DNA from: Candidatus Gastranaerophilales bacterium
GTDB taxonomy: Bacteria > Cyanobacteriota > Vampirovibrionia > Gastranaerophilales > Gastranaerophilaceae
Assembly (NCBI GenBank): GCA_944325595.1
Contig: CALVAQ010000001.1
Span: 89,380-153,379 of the forward strand
Length of the DNA: 64,000 nt
Reading direction: 5' to 3'
The notes under the pieces were generated by a model, which did not search any database, was not told the origin of the DNA, and worked only from the letters and a program-made list of their open reading frames with translations. The translations under genes and the position numbers were made by a program. The stretch's first letter is position 1. Each line of letters starts with the position of its first letter. Shown here piece after piece: positions 10,545 through 21,600 of this stretch.

Positions 10545-13340
10545 ATGCTAGACTTATTATTCAAATTGTTGGGTGACCCCAATGCAAAAAAGATAAAAAA
10601 AGTAATGCCGATAATAGAGCACATAAACAAGCTTGAACCGGAAATGGAGTCTCTTACTGACGAACAGCTAAGAGCTAAAACACAGGAATTCAAAGAATAT
10701 CTTGCGAAAAGAGAAACATCATCGGATTTCAAAAAAGACCGTGCTCTTGAGAAAAAAGCACTGGATGAAATCCTGCCGGAGGCTTTTGCTGTTGTCAGAG
10801 AAGCAGGAAAACGTGTTTTGAATATGAGGCATTTTGATGTGCAGCTAATAGGCGGTATTTTTCTTCACAACGGACACATTGCCGAGATGAGAACAGGTGA
10901 AGGTAAAACCCTTGTTGCAACTCTTCCCGCTTATCTCAATGCTCTTACCGGCAAAGGCGTACATATTATTACGGTAAATGACTATCTGGCAAAACGTGAC
11001 AGTGAATGGATGGGAAGTATATATAAATTTCTCGGATTGACTGTCGGAGTAATTCTGTCAGGCGGCAGGGATGCGGATGAATTTGAGCGTAAAAAAGCGG
11101 CTTATGCTTGTGATATTACATATGGAACAAACAATGAGTTCGGCTTTGATTACCTGAGAGACAATATGGCAGGCAGTGTAGACATGCTTGTTCAACGTCC
11201 GTACAATTATGCAATCATCGATGAAGTCGACTCTATTTTGATTGACGAAGCCAGAACACCTCTAATCATTTCCGGCAGGCTTGAGCAGTCGGCGCAAATG
11301 TATCAGACAATGTCAAAAATTGCACCGCAGCTCAAAAAAGATTTGGATTACGAAGTAGATGAAAAAAACAAAAACGTCATTCTCTCGGAAGAAGGTATTG
11401 ACCATGCGGAAAAACTTCTCGGAATAGAAGATCTTTTTGATGTACACAATCAGTATGCACACCACCTGCTGCAGGCATTGAAAGCAAAAGAACTTTATCA
11501 AAAAGATACGGATTATGTTATAAAAGACGGCGAAGTTGTTATTGTAGATGAGTTCACAGGTCGTTTGATGGAAGGCAGAAGATGGTCTGACGGACTTCAT
11601 CAGGCTGTTGAAGCAAAAGAAGGTGTCAAAATTCAGGACGAAACCCAGACACTTGCCAGCATTACATTCCAGAATCTTTTCAGATTGTATCCGAAACTTG
11701 CCGGCATGACAGGTACGGCAATGACGGAAGAAGCTGAATTCGGCAAAATTTATAACCTAGAAGTTACAACTATTCCTACAAACAAACCCGATATCAGAAT
11801 AAACTATCCCGATGTGGTTTACAAATCCCAAAAACAAAAATATCTTGCCGTTGTGGATGAAATCATCAAAATGCATTCAATCGGGAGACCTGTTCTTGTC
11901 GGTACAATCAGTATTGATAAGTCCGAATATCTTTCAGACCTTTTGAAAAAAAGAGGCATAAAACACAACGTTTTGAACGCAAAACACCATGAAAAAGAAG
12001 CATATATAATTGCTCAGGCGGGCAGATACGGTGCTGTTACAATTGCAACGAACATGGCAGGCAGAGGTACAGACATACTCCTTGGCGGTAATGCCGAATA
12101 CCTTGCTAAAGATATGCTTGACCAGAAAGGTATAACAAAAGACAGCCCGAATTATGAAGCGGAAAAAGAAATTGCCTTGAAACAGGCAAAAGAAATTACC
12201 GAAGCCGAGCATAAAAAAGTTGTTGAGGCAGGCGGGCTGCATGTAATCGGTACGGAAAGACACGAATCAAGACGTATCGACAATCAGCTCAGAGGTCGTG
12301 CCGCAAGACAGGGCGACCCCGGTTCAACAAGATTTTTCCTCTCGCTGGAAGACGATTTGATGAGAATTTTTGGCGGACAACATATTATCAACCTTATGAA
12401 TACACTCAAGGTTGAAGACGATATGGCAATTGAGTCTGCTTTGATAACAAGACAAATTCAGGCATCTCAAAGGAAGGTTGAAACATATCACTTCGACATA
12501 AGAAAAAGTGTACTTGAATATGATGATGTAATGAATATTCAGAGAGAAAAATTCTACAGCCAGAGAAGAAGAGTCCTCAAAGGCGAAGATTTGACCGCTG
12601 ACATTTATTACATGATTGAAAGAGAAATGGACAGAATAATAAAAAGCTACGTTTCTCCGGGTCAAAATCCTCAGGAATACATCTATGAAGACTTGCAGGG
12701 TATGATGAAAGAGGTTCACTCGCTTGTACCCCAGCTTTCTTATTTGGAAGTAAAAGATGTTCAGGGTTTGAGTTATGAATCCATTTTTGAAAAACTCAAA
12801 AAACTTGCAATTGATGCATACAGAGAGCACGAAGAAGAAACTATTCTCTTCTACAACGGAATACAAATGCAGTACGAACCTGACTTTGTACCGGAAGAGC
12901 CGTTCTCTCATACAAATGTTATGAGAAATATAGAGAAAGATATTCTTCTGCGTGTTGTTGACAACAAATGGATTGACCACCTTCACAACATAGATATGCT
13001 GCGTGACGGTATAGGATTACGTGCATACGGACAAAAAGACCCGCTTATCGAATACAAAAGAGAGGCGTATGACCTTTTCAATAATATGATGTACGAAATT
13101 CAGTCAGAAACAGTAAAATACCTGTTTAGAACACGTTTTGGAGTACAGATTGTAAACAGACGTGATGACGAAGTTATAGATACACAGCTTTCTCAAGCAG
13201 CACAATCGTTTAAATCATCTGAAGAAGAGGAAGAGTCTTCTAATACTCCGATTCAGAAGGGTGAAAAAATAGGCAGAAATGACCCGTGCCCCTGCGGCAG
13301 CGGAAAAAAATACAAAAACTGCTGCGGAAAAGACAAATAA
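10545..13340 (+). CDS. secA: Preprotein translocase ATPase SecA
   Basis: Walker [13 protein letters not shown]-like [19 protein letters not shown], and a C-terminal zinc-binding tail [14 protein letters not shown]. Confidence 0.97.
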   Translation: MLDLLFKLLGDPNAKKIKKVMPIIEHINKLEPEMESLTDEQLRAKTQEFKEYLAKRETSSDFKKDRALEKKALDEILPEAFAVVREAGKRVLNMRHFDVQLIGGIFLHNGHIAEMRTGEGKTLVATLPAYLNALTGKGVHIITVNDYLAKRDSEWMGSIYKFLGLTVGVILSGGRDADEFERKKAAYACDITYGTNNEFGFDYLRDNMAGSVDMLVQRPYNYAIIDEVDSILIDEARTPLIISGRLEQSAQMYQTMSKIAPQLKKDLDYEVDEKNKNVILSEEGIDHAEKLLGIEDLFDVHNQYAHHLLQALKAKELYQKDTDYVIKDGEVVIVDEFTGRLMEGRRWSDGLHQAVEAKEGVKIQDETQTLASITFQNLFRLYPKLAGMTGTAMTEEAEFGKIYNLEVTTIPTNKPDIRINYPDVVYKSQKQKYLAVVDEIIKMHSIGRPVLVGTISIDKSEYLSDLLKKRGIKHNVLNAKHHEKEAYIIAQAGRYGAVTIATNMAGRGTDILLGGNAEYLAKDMLDQKGITKDSPNYEAEKEIALKQAKEITEAEHKKVVEAGGLHVIGTERHESRRIDNQLRGRAARQGDPGSTRFFLSLEDDLMRIFGGQHIINLMNTLKVEDDMAIESALITRQIQASQRKVETYHFDIRKSVLEYDDVMNIQREKFYSQRRRVLKGEDLTADIYYMIEREMDRIIKSYVSPGQNPQEYIYEDLQGMMKEVHSLVPQLSYLEVKDVQGLSYESIFEKLKKLAIDAYREHEEETILFYNGIQMQYEPDFVPEEPFSHTNVMRNIEKDILLRVVDNKWIDHLHNIDMLRDGIGLRAYGQKDPLIEYKREAYDLFNNMMYEIQSETVKYLFRTRFGVQIVNRRDDEVIDTQLSQAAQSFKSSEEEEESSNTPIQKGEKIGRNDPCPCGSGKKYKNCCGKDK

Positions 13341-13434
13341 ATTCTTTCTCGCAAATTATTATTTCGGCAATTTACCTTTGTTGCGTTTTGTGAAATAATA
13401 GGTAGAAGGAATAAAGATATTGGCGAGGCTGTAT

Positions 13435-14934
13435 ATGAGTAAAACACTGGACTTTCGTGCATTCGGAAAAAATGATATAAGAGGAATTTACGGCGAAGAT
13501 GTAACAGAAGAACTCTTCTATTATGCAGGGAGAGGCTATGTAAAATACATTGTTGAAAACCTCAATAAAGATGCTGAAGATAAAAATAAAACAGATGTAA
13601 AAGATGTCTGGGTTAGTGTTTGTATGGATGTAAGAACACATTCTCCTTCTTTGACAGCTTCTTTGATTAAAGGTGTAACATCAACAGGTGCAAATGTTTT
13701 GGATTTGGGTGTTGCTCCGACTCCGCTGGGATATTATTCAGAATTTGCTCAAATACCTGACAATGTTATCGTAAAAGGCAGGGTTAACGGTGCGCTGATT
13801 GTAACGGCAAGCCACAATCCGAGTGAATACAACGGTCTTAAGATGACATTTAACAGGGCTTCTTTAACAGAAGAACAAATTAAAAGAGTCAAAGAACTTT
13901 CTATGGCAGAAGTTGATTCAAGAGATTCCGCATACAGACACGGTATTATCAGAAAGTACAACATTATTGAGCAATACAGTGAAAATATCATAAACAAATT
14001 TGCCTCTATCGGTAAAGGAATAAAGGTTGTAACAGATTGCGGAAATGCTACGGCAGGTCTGGTTGCACCTCAGTTATACAAAGATTTGGGCTGTGAAGTG
14101 ACTGAGTTGTTCACAGAACCTGACGGAACTTTTCCGAACCACCATCCGAATCCGAGTGATGAAAAAACGCTTGAGACTTTGAAGAAAAAAGTAGTGGAAG
14201 AAAAAGCTGATATTGGTATAGCTTTTGACGGTGATTCAGACAGAATAGGTGTTGTTGATTCAAAAGGCAGAAGCATGACAGGCGACAAACTGCTTTTGAT
14301 TTATGCGACAGATATTTGCATTCCGCTTGTCAGAAGAGGTGAAAAACCTGCTGTTGTTTCAGAAGTAAAATGCTCGCAGGTGCTCTATGACACGATTAAT
14401 GCCATGGGCGGAAATGCAATCATGACAAAAACAGGTCACGGTTACATAAAAGCAAAAATGAAAGAAGAAAACGCCATTCTGGCAGGTGAAATGTCCGGTC
14501 ATACTTTCTTCAGAGACAGATACTACGGGTTTGATGATGCAATTTATGCAGGCTGCAGAATTATTGAAATCATCGCAAAACAAAAACTCAACAATCCTGA
14601 TTTTAAAATAGAAGATATGCTAAAACCATTTGACGGTGTATGCACTTCAAAAGAAGTACGTTTTCGCTGCCCGAACGAATTTAAAAAAGATGTGCTTGAG
14701 GATATGAAAAAATCCGTAAATAACAATCCGGATTTGTTCGGTACTAAAATAAAAGATATTATTACTCTGGACGGTATGAGAATTATTCTTGAAGACGGTT
14801 TTGCCATGATTAGGCAGAGCAACACGGAACCGGTATTCACTTTGAGATTTGAGGCAAAATCTGAAAAAAACTGCAAACATTATGAAGATACTCTGGTAGA
14901 TTTGCTTGATAAAACAGTAAAAAAATACTGCTAG
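13435..14934 (+). CDS. Phosphomannomutase/phosphoglucomutase (alpha-D-phosphohexomutase family)
   Basis: Active-site loop TASHNPSEYNGLK, metal loop FDGDSDR and sugar loop GEMSGH. The start is set at the ATG at 13435, which lies 6 nt after a GAGG, rather than the track's upstream TTG. Confidence 0.9.
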   Translation: MSKTLDFRAFGKNDIRGIYGEDVTEELFYYAGRGYVKYIVENLNKDAEDKNKTDVKDVWVSVCMDVRTHSPSLTASLIKGVTSTGANVLDLGVAPTPLGYYSEFAQIPDNVIVKGRVNGALIVTASHNPSEYNGLKMTFNRASLTEEQIKRVKELSMAEVDSRDSAYRHGIIRKYNIIEQYSENIINKFASIGKGIKVVTDCGNATAGLVAPQLYKDLGCEVTELFTEPDGTFPNHHPNPSDEKTLETLKKKVVEEKADIGIAFDGDSDRIGVVDSKGRSMTGDKLLLIYATDICIPLVRRGEKPAVVSEVKCSQVLYDTINAMGGNAIMTKTGHGYIKAKMKEENAILAGEMSGHTFFRDRYYGFDDAIYAGCRIIEIIAKQKLNNPDFKIEDMLKPFDGVCTSKEVRFRCPNEFKKDVLEDMKKSVNNNPDLFGTKIKDIITLDGMRIILEDGFAMIRQSNTEPVFTLRFEAKSEKNCKHYEDTLVDLLDKTVKKYC

Positions 14935-14963
14935 GCTATCTTTTATAAAACAAATTTAAAAAA

Positions 14964-15001
14964 AACGGGACAAAAGTATTAGGCTTTTTATCCCGTTTTT
15001 T
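14964..15001 (+). terminator. Rho-independent terminator after the phosphohexomutase gene
   Basis: AACGGGAcAAAAG ... CTTTTtaTCCCGTT stem followed by a T run. Confidence 0.6.
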
Positions 15002-15142
15002 CAATGTTTTTTCAAAAAAATAAGAAAAAAGGATTAGTTTTTCATAGATTAGATTTTTTCTTTTTTGAATACCTTTCAGAGAATTGAGACAAAAGCAAAA
15101 TCAGTTTAATTTCAAAACGGAAAATAAACGGTTTTTGATGTT

Positions 15143-16129
15143 ATGAAAAAAAATATAATGTATTTTGTTGTATTCTTTTTACTTTTGTTGACAGGATATC
15201 CGGTATTTTGTGCGGATAATATCTCTGTCAGACTTGCCGAGATTGAAAAATCATATTACGGCTTTACATACTCTGACAGTCCGGAGTCCAGACTTGCACG
15301 ACTGGAAAAATCCGTATACGGATCAACAAGCAAAAAACCGCAAAAAACCAGAGTTGAAAAACTATACAAAGATTTAAACCTCGATGCCGCCGCAAAAACA
15401 CCGGCAGCTTCAAATGCTCCGTCAAAAGATATCGGTCCGAAAGCCGATGCTAACATCAAATATCCCGTTGTGGATGAGATGGAAAAAATGGTTTTTAAAA
15501 AAGCGTATGAAAACGAGGATATTTATGCCAGACTCTCAAGACTTGAAAAACAAACTTTCAAAAAAGAAAGCACCCTCTCTTTAAACGAAAGAGTGGATGC
15601 TTTGCGAAGCAGAATTCTCAGAGGGAAAGAAAATAAAGCGGATACTGTCGAAATTGATCCGGTGAGAGAAGAAATTGTTCTTGAGAACGGTCAAAAATAC
15701 TTTGGAGATGAAGGCAAAGCTTCGGGTTTTAACATAAATGAGCCTGATGAAAACTCTCATTATAATTATTACAGTTACGAAAACTCCAAAAATCGTATTC
15801 CCGACCCTTACACACAGAACAATATTTATGATGAAGGCGATTATGCCGAACAGTATGCCCAGAACTACGATTTGGATATGCTTGAAAAAACCGTTTTCGG
15901 GAAACGCTATTCGGATGAATTGCCTTCAAAACGACTTGCCCGGTTGGAGTCAAAGGTTTTTGACAGAACCTTCTCTGATGGAGAAGATTCCCGTATCCAG
16001 AGACTTCTTGCCGTTACTACGGCACAAAAAACATCTCAGGAATATGACTCCAACAAATGGGCTCGCCGTTTAAATGCAGGTATGCAGATAGGAAGCATAC
16101 TGCTGATGGTTCTTGCTATGATTCTCTAG
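15143..16129 (+). CDS. Secreted, C-terminally anchored repeat protein (three RLARLEK-type units)
   Basis: It has a signal peptide and three ~46-aa units each carrying h-E-K-x-h-F/Y-G ... RLxRLE[KS]-x-h-F, plus a C-terminal TM (MQIGSILLMVLAMIL). Its TAG stop shares the palindrome CTAG (16126-16129) with the convergent gene. Confidence 0.7.
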   Translation: MKKNIMYFVVFFLLLLTGYPVFCADNISVRLAEIEKSYYGFTYSDSPESRLARLEKSVYGSTSKKPQKTRVEKLYKDLNLDAAAKTPAASNAPSKDIGPKADANIKYPVVDEMEKMVFKKAYENEDIYARLSRLEKQTFKKESTLSLNERVDALRSRILRGKENKADTVEIDPVREEIVLENGQKYFGDEGKASGFNINEPDENSHYNYYSYENSKNRIPDPYTQNNIYDEGDYAEQYAQNYDLDMLEKTVFGKRYSDELPSKRLARLESKVFDRTFSDGEDSRIQRLLAVTTAQKTSQEYDSNKWARRLNAGMQIGSILLMVLAMIL

Positions 16130-16431
16130 TCATAAAGGTGCGTAAACGGACCGAACACAGCATTGTATACACCGGTAAAAGGTGTCATTACTTTCTGGAA
16201 AAATGACTTTTTAACCGGCTGATTTGCGCAGTTGTTGCAAGGCGGCAGGTATGTTCTCTGCGCTGTCGGAGCAACTATATAAGAATAAGAAACCGGTGCT
16301 GCTGCACCCGTAATATTTCCCATAGAGCAGGAAGTTTGTCCCAAATTTAAAGGACATGCACCAAACGCTGTTGAACCGAGCATGAGGGTAGTTGCAGCAA
16401 AGACTGCTGCTGTTGATAATATCTTTTTCAT
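16126..16431 (-). CDS. Small secreted cysteine-containing hypothetical protein
   Basis: A 101-aa protein with a signal peptide (MKKILSTAAVFAATTLMLGSTAFGA) and 4 Cys in the mature part. Confidence 0.5.
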   Translation of the reverse strand: MKKILSTAAVFAATTLMLGSTAFGACPLNLGQTSCSMGNITGAAAPVSYSYIVAPTAQRTYLPPCNNCANQPVKKSFFQKVMTPFTGVYNAVFGPFTHLYD

Positions 16432-16560
16432 ACATCTTTCTCCTTATTGTTTTTGCAAGCTGTTTGCTTACATTACCATTTTTACACTCCTGAAAAAAAA
16501 TACATTGTCCTATATAGCTAAGTGGAATAATAGCCGTGCAGAGTTATAAATTAGTCACAA

Positions 16561-16590
16561 TTGCTAAAAGTACGGAAAAAATGCTATAAT
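16561..16590 (+). promoter_or_regulatory. Sigma-70-type promoter candidate
   Basis: TTGCTA, 18-nt spacer, TGcTATAAT (extended -10), ending 44 nt upstream of the ATG at 16634. Confidence 0.5.
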
Positions 16591-16633
16591 CACTTAAAAT
16601 AACGAGAAATTCAAAGTTCGGGAGCCGGAACCT

Positions 16634-17947
16634 ATGACAGAAAAAGAAAATACAATTTATTTTGTTGATGTTACAAACAGAGACGGTGTGCAGACTTCTC
16701 GTCTGGGATTGGCAAAACTGCAAAAAACAATAATAAATCTCATGCTGGATGATATGGGGATTACGCAGTCAGAATTCGGGTTTCCTACAACAAAGCACGA
16801 ACTGAATTATCTCAACGGCAATCTGGAACTTGTTGACAGAGGAGTAATCAGAAGAACAAAACTTTCAGGCTGGATGAGAGCACTCGCAAAAGATGTTGTT
16901 GAATCTTTTCAAAATGTACCGAGACTCAAATACGTCAATTTGTCTCAATCGACATCAGACCAGATGATACATGGAAAATACGGAGACAAAAAAACAAAAG
17001 AAGATATTCTCGCACAAACATGTGAAGCTGTTGATGCGGCACAAACCTGCGGGGCGGAAATTATCGGAGTAAATGCTGAAGATGCATCGAGAAGCTCTCT
17101 TGAGTACCTCATAAAATATGCAAAAGAATGTAAAAAACACGGTGCAAAACGTTTCAGATACTGTGATACACTCGGCTATGACGACCCTCATACAGCATAT
17201 GACAGAATTTATACAATTGCAAAAGAAGCACAGATTGATATGGAAATGCATTTTCACAATGATTTGGGTATGGCGGTAGGTTGTTCCGTTCTGGGTGCAA
17301 AAGCGGCAATAGATGCCGGTGTTGATGCGTATATAAATACTGCAATAAACGGAATGGGAGAAAGAGCCGGAAATGCGGATTTGATATCTTGCCTTCTTGC
17401 CGTTAAAAAATCAAGCGGTTTTGCAGGAAAATATAAGGTAGACCCGCAGATTGACCTTTCAAAAGCCTGGAAACTTGCAAAATATACATCACACGCTTTT
17501 GGTGTACCGATACCCGCAAACCAGCCCGCTGTGGGTGGAAATGCTTTTGCTCACGAATCGGGAATTCATGCCGACGGAGCGCTCAAAGACAGAAGAAACT
17601 ACGAACTTTATGACTTTGAGGAACTCGGAAGAGGCGAACCGGAAATTGTTGAAACCGGAAGAATGATTACAGTCGGAGAATACGGTGGTATTAAAGGGTT
17701 CCGAAACGTATACAAAAATCTTGAACTCGAATTTCATGATGAAGATGAAGCAAGAAATATTCTTGAGCTTGCCAGATACGCAAACGTCCATACTCAGCTG
17801 CCTTTGACGGACAGTGAGCTTCGCTTTATATATTACTATCCCGATATTGCAGCAAAAATAATGACGGTTACTCCTTATTATATGCCGACAGGTGAACTCA
17901 AAAAACGTCTGGAATCAGGTGACACTGCGCCTGCATCAATTGTATAA
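16634..17947 (+). CDS. HMGL-like aldolase-type synthase (homocitrate / Re-citrate / isopropylmalate synthase family)
   Basis: DVTNRDGVQT, HFHNDLGMAVG and GMGERAGNADL are DRE-TIM metallolyase motifs of the LeuA/NifV family. At 437 aa it lacks the LeuA C-terminal regulatory domain. Confidence 0.75.
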   Translation: MTEKENTIYFVDVTNRDGVQTSRLGLAKLQKTIINLMLDDMGITQSEFGFPTTKHELNYLNGNLELVDRGVIRRTKLSGWMRALAKDVVESFQNVPRLKYVNLSQSTSDQMIHGKYGDKKTKEDILAQTCEAVDAAQTCGAEIIGVNAEDASRSSLEYLIKYAKECKKHGAKRFRYCDTLGYDDPHTAYDRIYTIAKEAQIDMEMHFHNDLGMAVGCSVLGAKAAIDAGVDAYINTAINGMGERAGNADLISCLLAVKKSSGFAGKYKVDPQIDLSKAWKLAKYTSHAFGVPIPANQPAVGGNAFAHESGIHADGALKDRRNYELYDFEELGRGEPEIVETGRMITVGEYGGIKGFRNVYKNLELEFHDEDEARNILELARYANVHTQLPLTDSELRFIYYYPDIAAKIMTVTPYYMPTGELKKRLESGDTAPASIV

Positions 17948-17978
17948 CTGTGATATAATACATCTTGGAGAAAATGTT

Positions 17979-18527
17979 ATGTCATTAAAAGCAAGAATAG
18001 AAGCAGTTTTGTTCATCACGGCACAGGCTCTTGAGGTAAAAGATATTGCAGAAATACTCAAAGAAGAAGAGTCTGTGGTTGAAGAAGCTTTGCTTGATTT
18101 GATTATGGATTATTCTTCAAGAGAAGGCGCTCTTGAAATTGACGACGAGAACGGATATATTCTTCAGGTCAAAGAAGATTACATGGACATTGTTGAACAG
18201 CTTTGTCCGGTTGAACTCAAGCCTGCTGTTTTAAAAACATTAACGGTAATTGCGCTCAAAGAGCCTATCAGACAGTCTTACCTGAAAGAATTGCGCTCAA
18301 ATGCCTATGAACATGTTCAGGAACTTTTGAAAATGGGGCTCATTTCCCGTCACAGGGACAAAAACGGACGTTCTTTCAATTTGCGCACAACCCCGAAATT
18401 TGCCGAGTATTTTAAACTCAAAGGTGATGCAAAAACACTTGCAAAGATTATGGACCTTGAAAAACAGGCAAGAGAAGATAACGAAGATCCCGAAGATATT
18501 GACCTGTCAGAGTTTGTGGAAAAGTAA
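17979..18527 (+). CDS. scpB: Segregation and condensation protein B
   Basis: The N-terminus LKARIEAVLFITAQALEVKDIAEIL and the second winged helix (LKTLTVIALKEPIRQSYLKELR) are ScpB-like. The ATG at 17979 follows a GGAG at 17967-17970. Confidence 0.85.
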   Translation: MSLKARIEAVLFITAQALEVKDIAEILKEEESVVEEALLDLIMDYSSREGALEIDDENGYILQVKEDYMDIVEQLCPVELKPAVLKTLTVIALKEPIRQSYLKELRSNAYEHVQELLKMGLISRHRDKNGRSFNLRTTPKFAEYFKLKGDAKTLAKIMDLEKQAREDNEDPEDIDLSEFVEK

Positions 18528-18613
18528 GTTTTATATAATTAACTGAAAACTGCAAAATAAATCATTGCACCAAAACAGGTATCCGGCAGCTTTTTATTAT
18601 TCGAAAGATATAC

Positions 18614-21600
18614 CTAAACCGGTATATCATTGAGCTGACAGAAGGCTTTGAATGAAGCAAAATTTTTCTTTGTTTCTTCTGTTTGTTCCGGCAAATCAAG
18701 CCCCTCAAGAAGCGTTATTGTTTTTTTGTATGTAGTTATTGCATTTTGAGCATAATTTGCTTTGTTCTGCGGTTTCTGGGTGACCATCTCCTCAAGATAT
18801 TTTGCATAAAGCTGATAAAGCGAAACTTTGAGGTATTTCATGTCGTATTCTTTTATTATCATCAGCGATTTTTCTATATACATTTTGACAGCTTCCATAT
18901 CTCCTTTTATGAGGTATATTTCGGCCATGAGTTTTTGATAAAGAACCATAAAATAGTAGTTGGATATTCTCGGATTTTTTGCCACATCAAAAGCTTTTTG
19001 AGAAATTTCAAGCGCTTTGTCCGTACCTTCCGTAATCAGTGTAATTTTTGCTATATAGTACCAGCAGAGCATTGCGCCTATAGCTATTTTTTCTCTGGCA
19101 AAAATTGTCACCTGTTCATTGAATATGTCAAGTGCTCTTGAGAGGTTTCCTTCTTCCTGCAGAACTTTGCCAAGAAAGACTTTCAGGAGATTTTTGACAA
19201 GTACGTCGTTGTAGTTGTTTGCAAATGTGACAACCGAATACAAATCCTGTTTTATATTTTTCCACTCACGTTTAAATATTTTGTTCAGTATATTTGTAAA
19301 ATTCCACATAGAAATAATTTCAGGTTCTACAATTTCTTTTGAGGTTTGCTGCGTAAACTCGACCAGAATGTCTTCTGATTTTCCGATTTCTCCCTGTATT
19401 GAATAAGCCAGAGCCTTTGTCAGTTGGAGTCTTTGCAGATAGTTTTTGTTATCAACATTGTTCTTCTCAACTATTTCATCAATAACGGCGAGAATATCAA
19501 AAGCTTTTTTGTTGCCCTGAGAAATCAAAGCCATTGCAACAATCAAGTTGCATTCAAGCCATGTTTCATAAATTACATCCATTGATATTCCGTTATTCGG
19601 AATTAAACCTGACAGAGCCTGTTCAACTATTGGAATAATCTCAATCGATGCCAGATTGTATATTTCTTCAGCATTACCGATACAGAACATTGCCTTGAGT
19701 TTTTTGTATTTTATCAAAGCGGTTTCGAGTTTTTTCTCGGGGGTTTCTATGTATTTCAGTATTGTGTTTATTGCTTCAATTACACCGTTGTAGTTTCCTG
19801 TCAAAGAACAGCTTTTTGAAAGGTATCCGGAAAGTTCAATAATTTTTGGCTGGTTGTTTACTTTCATGGCATTTGTAATTGCATTTGAAAGATACGGTAT
19901 TGCCTCAGCCGGTCTGGATTTGTACAGCAGTTTGCCCAAACGTTCCTGAATGTTGTTTATTATAACGGTGTTGTCCTCGGGGTTTACCTCCTGTGCAATT
20001 TTGAGACACTGTTTTTGAGAAAGTGTCCACAAATGCTCATCACCAAGATATGCACAGAGTTTTATATTTTCCGTCCAGATATTCAGGGCAAGAAGCTTCT
20101 GGTTCAAATTCTGTGCAATCAGTGCTTTAAGGGCATTGCTCGAGAGGGTAAATGAGTTGATTATATCGTATATTTTTTCATTCAATACGACAAAATCTTT
20201 GTTTTGTTTAGCTTTTTCGTATACAAATTTCCAGAGAATTGTGTTTTTGAATTCAAAAATGTTGTTGTTAAATTGTGAAATATAAGCCGATGCACTCAAA
20301 AGGCCGATAGTGTTCTGGAAGTCTTCCGGCGATTGTTTCATAATAATTTCAAGCAGTCTGACATTGAATTTGTTGCCCATAATAGCTGCCGTACACAGTG
20401 TTCTGAAAGCGAGCGGCTGTTTTTTCTCGAGATATTTCAAACGATATGATAAAATTTCGTAGATATTTCTGGGAACACGTTTTTCAAGCGGTGTTTGTCT
20501 GTATTTTATTGCTTTTCCGTCTGTTGTAATAGCTTTGTATTCGTTTAGCAGTATGAGGATTTGTTCTATATATGCACTGTTTCCCTGCGAGTATTTGAAA
20601 ATTTCTTCAAACATATGCTGCGGCAGCGGATTTGTGCCGTTGAAAAACATTTTTATCAGATTGTTTGTATCTGTTTTTGTCAGCTTTGCGAGTCTGATAT
20701 CTTCGTACTGGTTTTGTGCAATTTTTTCGGAATAGAAATAGCCCTGCGTTATGCGGTTGTCTTTGTAGGTAATAATTAATTTTATATTTTCGCCCAGATA
20801 TCCCTGATCTACAAAATGTGACAAAAATGCATAAGATGCACCGTCTATCATATCAAAGTCATCTATGACAATAACAAGTTTTGCTTTTTTGGATATTTCA
20901 AGAATAATTCTTTCAAGCAAAGCAAAGGTTGTATCTTTGTTTATCAGGATATCTTCAAAGTTTGAACCCAGATGAGGATACAGGAAATTAAACAGATTGA
21001 AAACTTCTTCCTGCGACAGGGCGGGGAAAGTCGATGACAGCATGTTTTTTGCCTGTTTTATAAAGTCCTGAGACATATTTGAAAAATTAGGCATATTGAA
21101 AAATGTCAAAATCATTTCCTGAAATATGCCGTACGGACTGATTTGAGAGTTTGCCGAACATTCTCCCCAGAGCCAGGCATAATTTTCGTGCATGAAATCG
21201 GCAAACAGGTATTTCAAAACCGTTGATTTTCCGCTGCCTTCTTCTGCGCTCATTCCGATTATAAATTTATTCGGATTTCTCACGGCTTTTACTATCAGAT
21301 TTTTGCATTTCATCTGATCGGCAATCTGATTTGGTATTTCCGTTAAGGGCTCTTCATTTTCTTCTTCTGTTTCGGCAGTTTGTGTCTGTTCGGGCTGTTC
21401 TGTTTCTTCTTTTGATTCGGTTTCTGCGTTTTGCGGTTTTTGTTCCTGATTTTTGTTTTCGTCTTGAACAGGCTTTTCTTCCGGCGTTTCCAGTGATTGA
21501 GCTTCGGCTGTAGTTTCTTCTTCATCGGAGGAAAGTATCATTTCATCGAGCTCTTTTTCTTCCTCTTCCTCGGGATTTTTGTTTACTTCTTCTATTTCAT

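Noticed and set aside
12324-12986. A 220-aa minus-strand ORF.
   Set aside because: It lies entirely antisense within secA, whose identity is unambiguous, so it is a shadow ORF.
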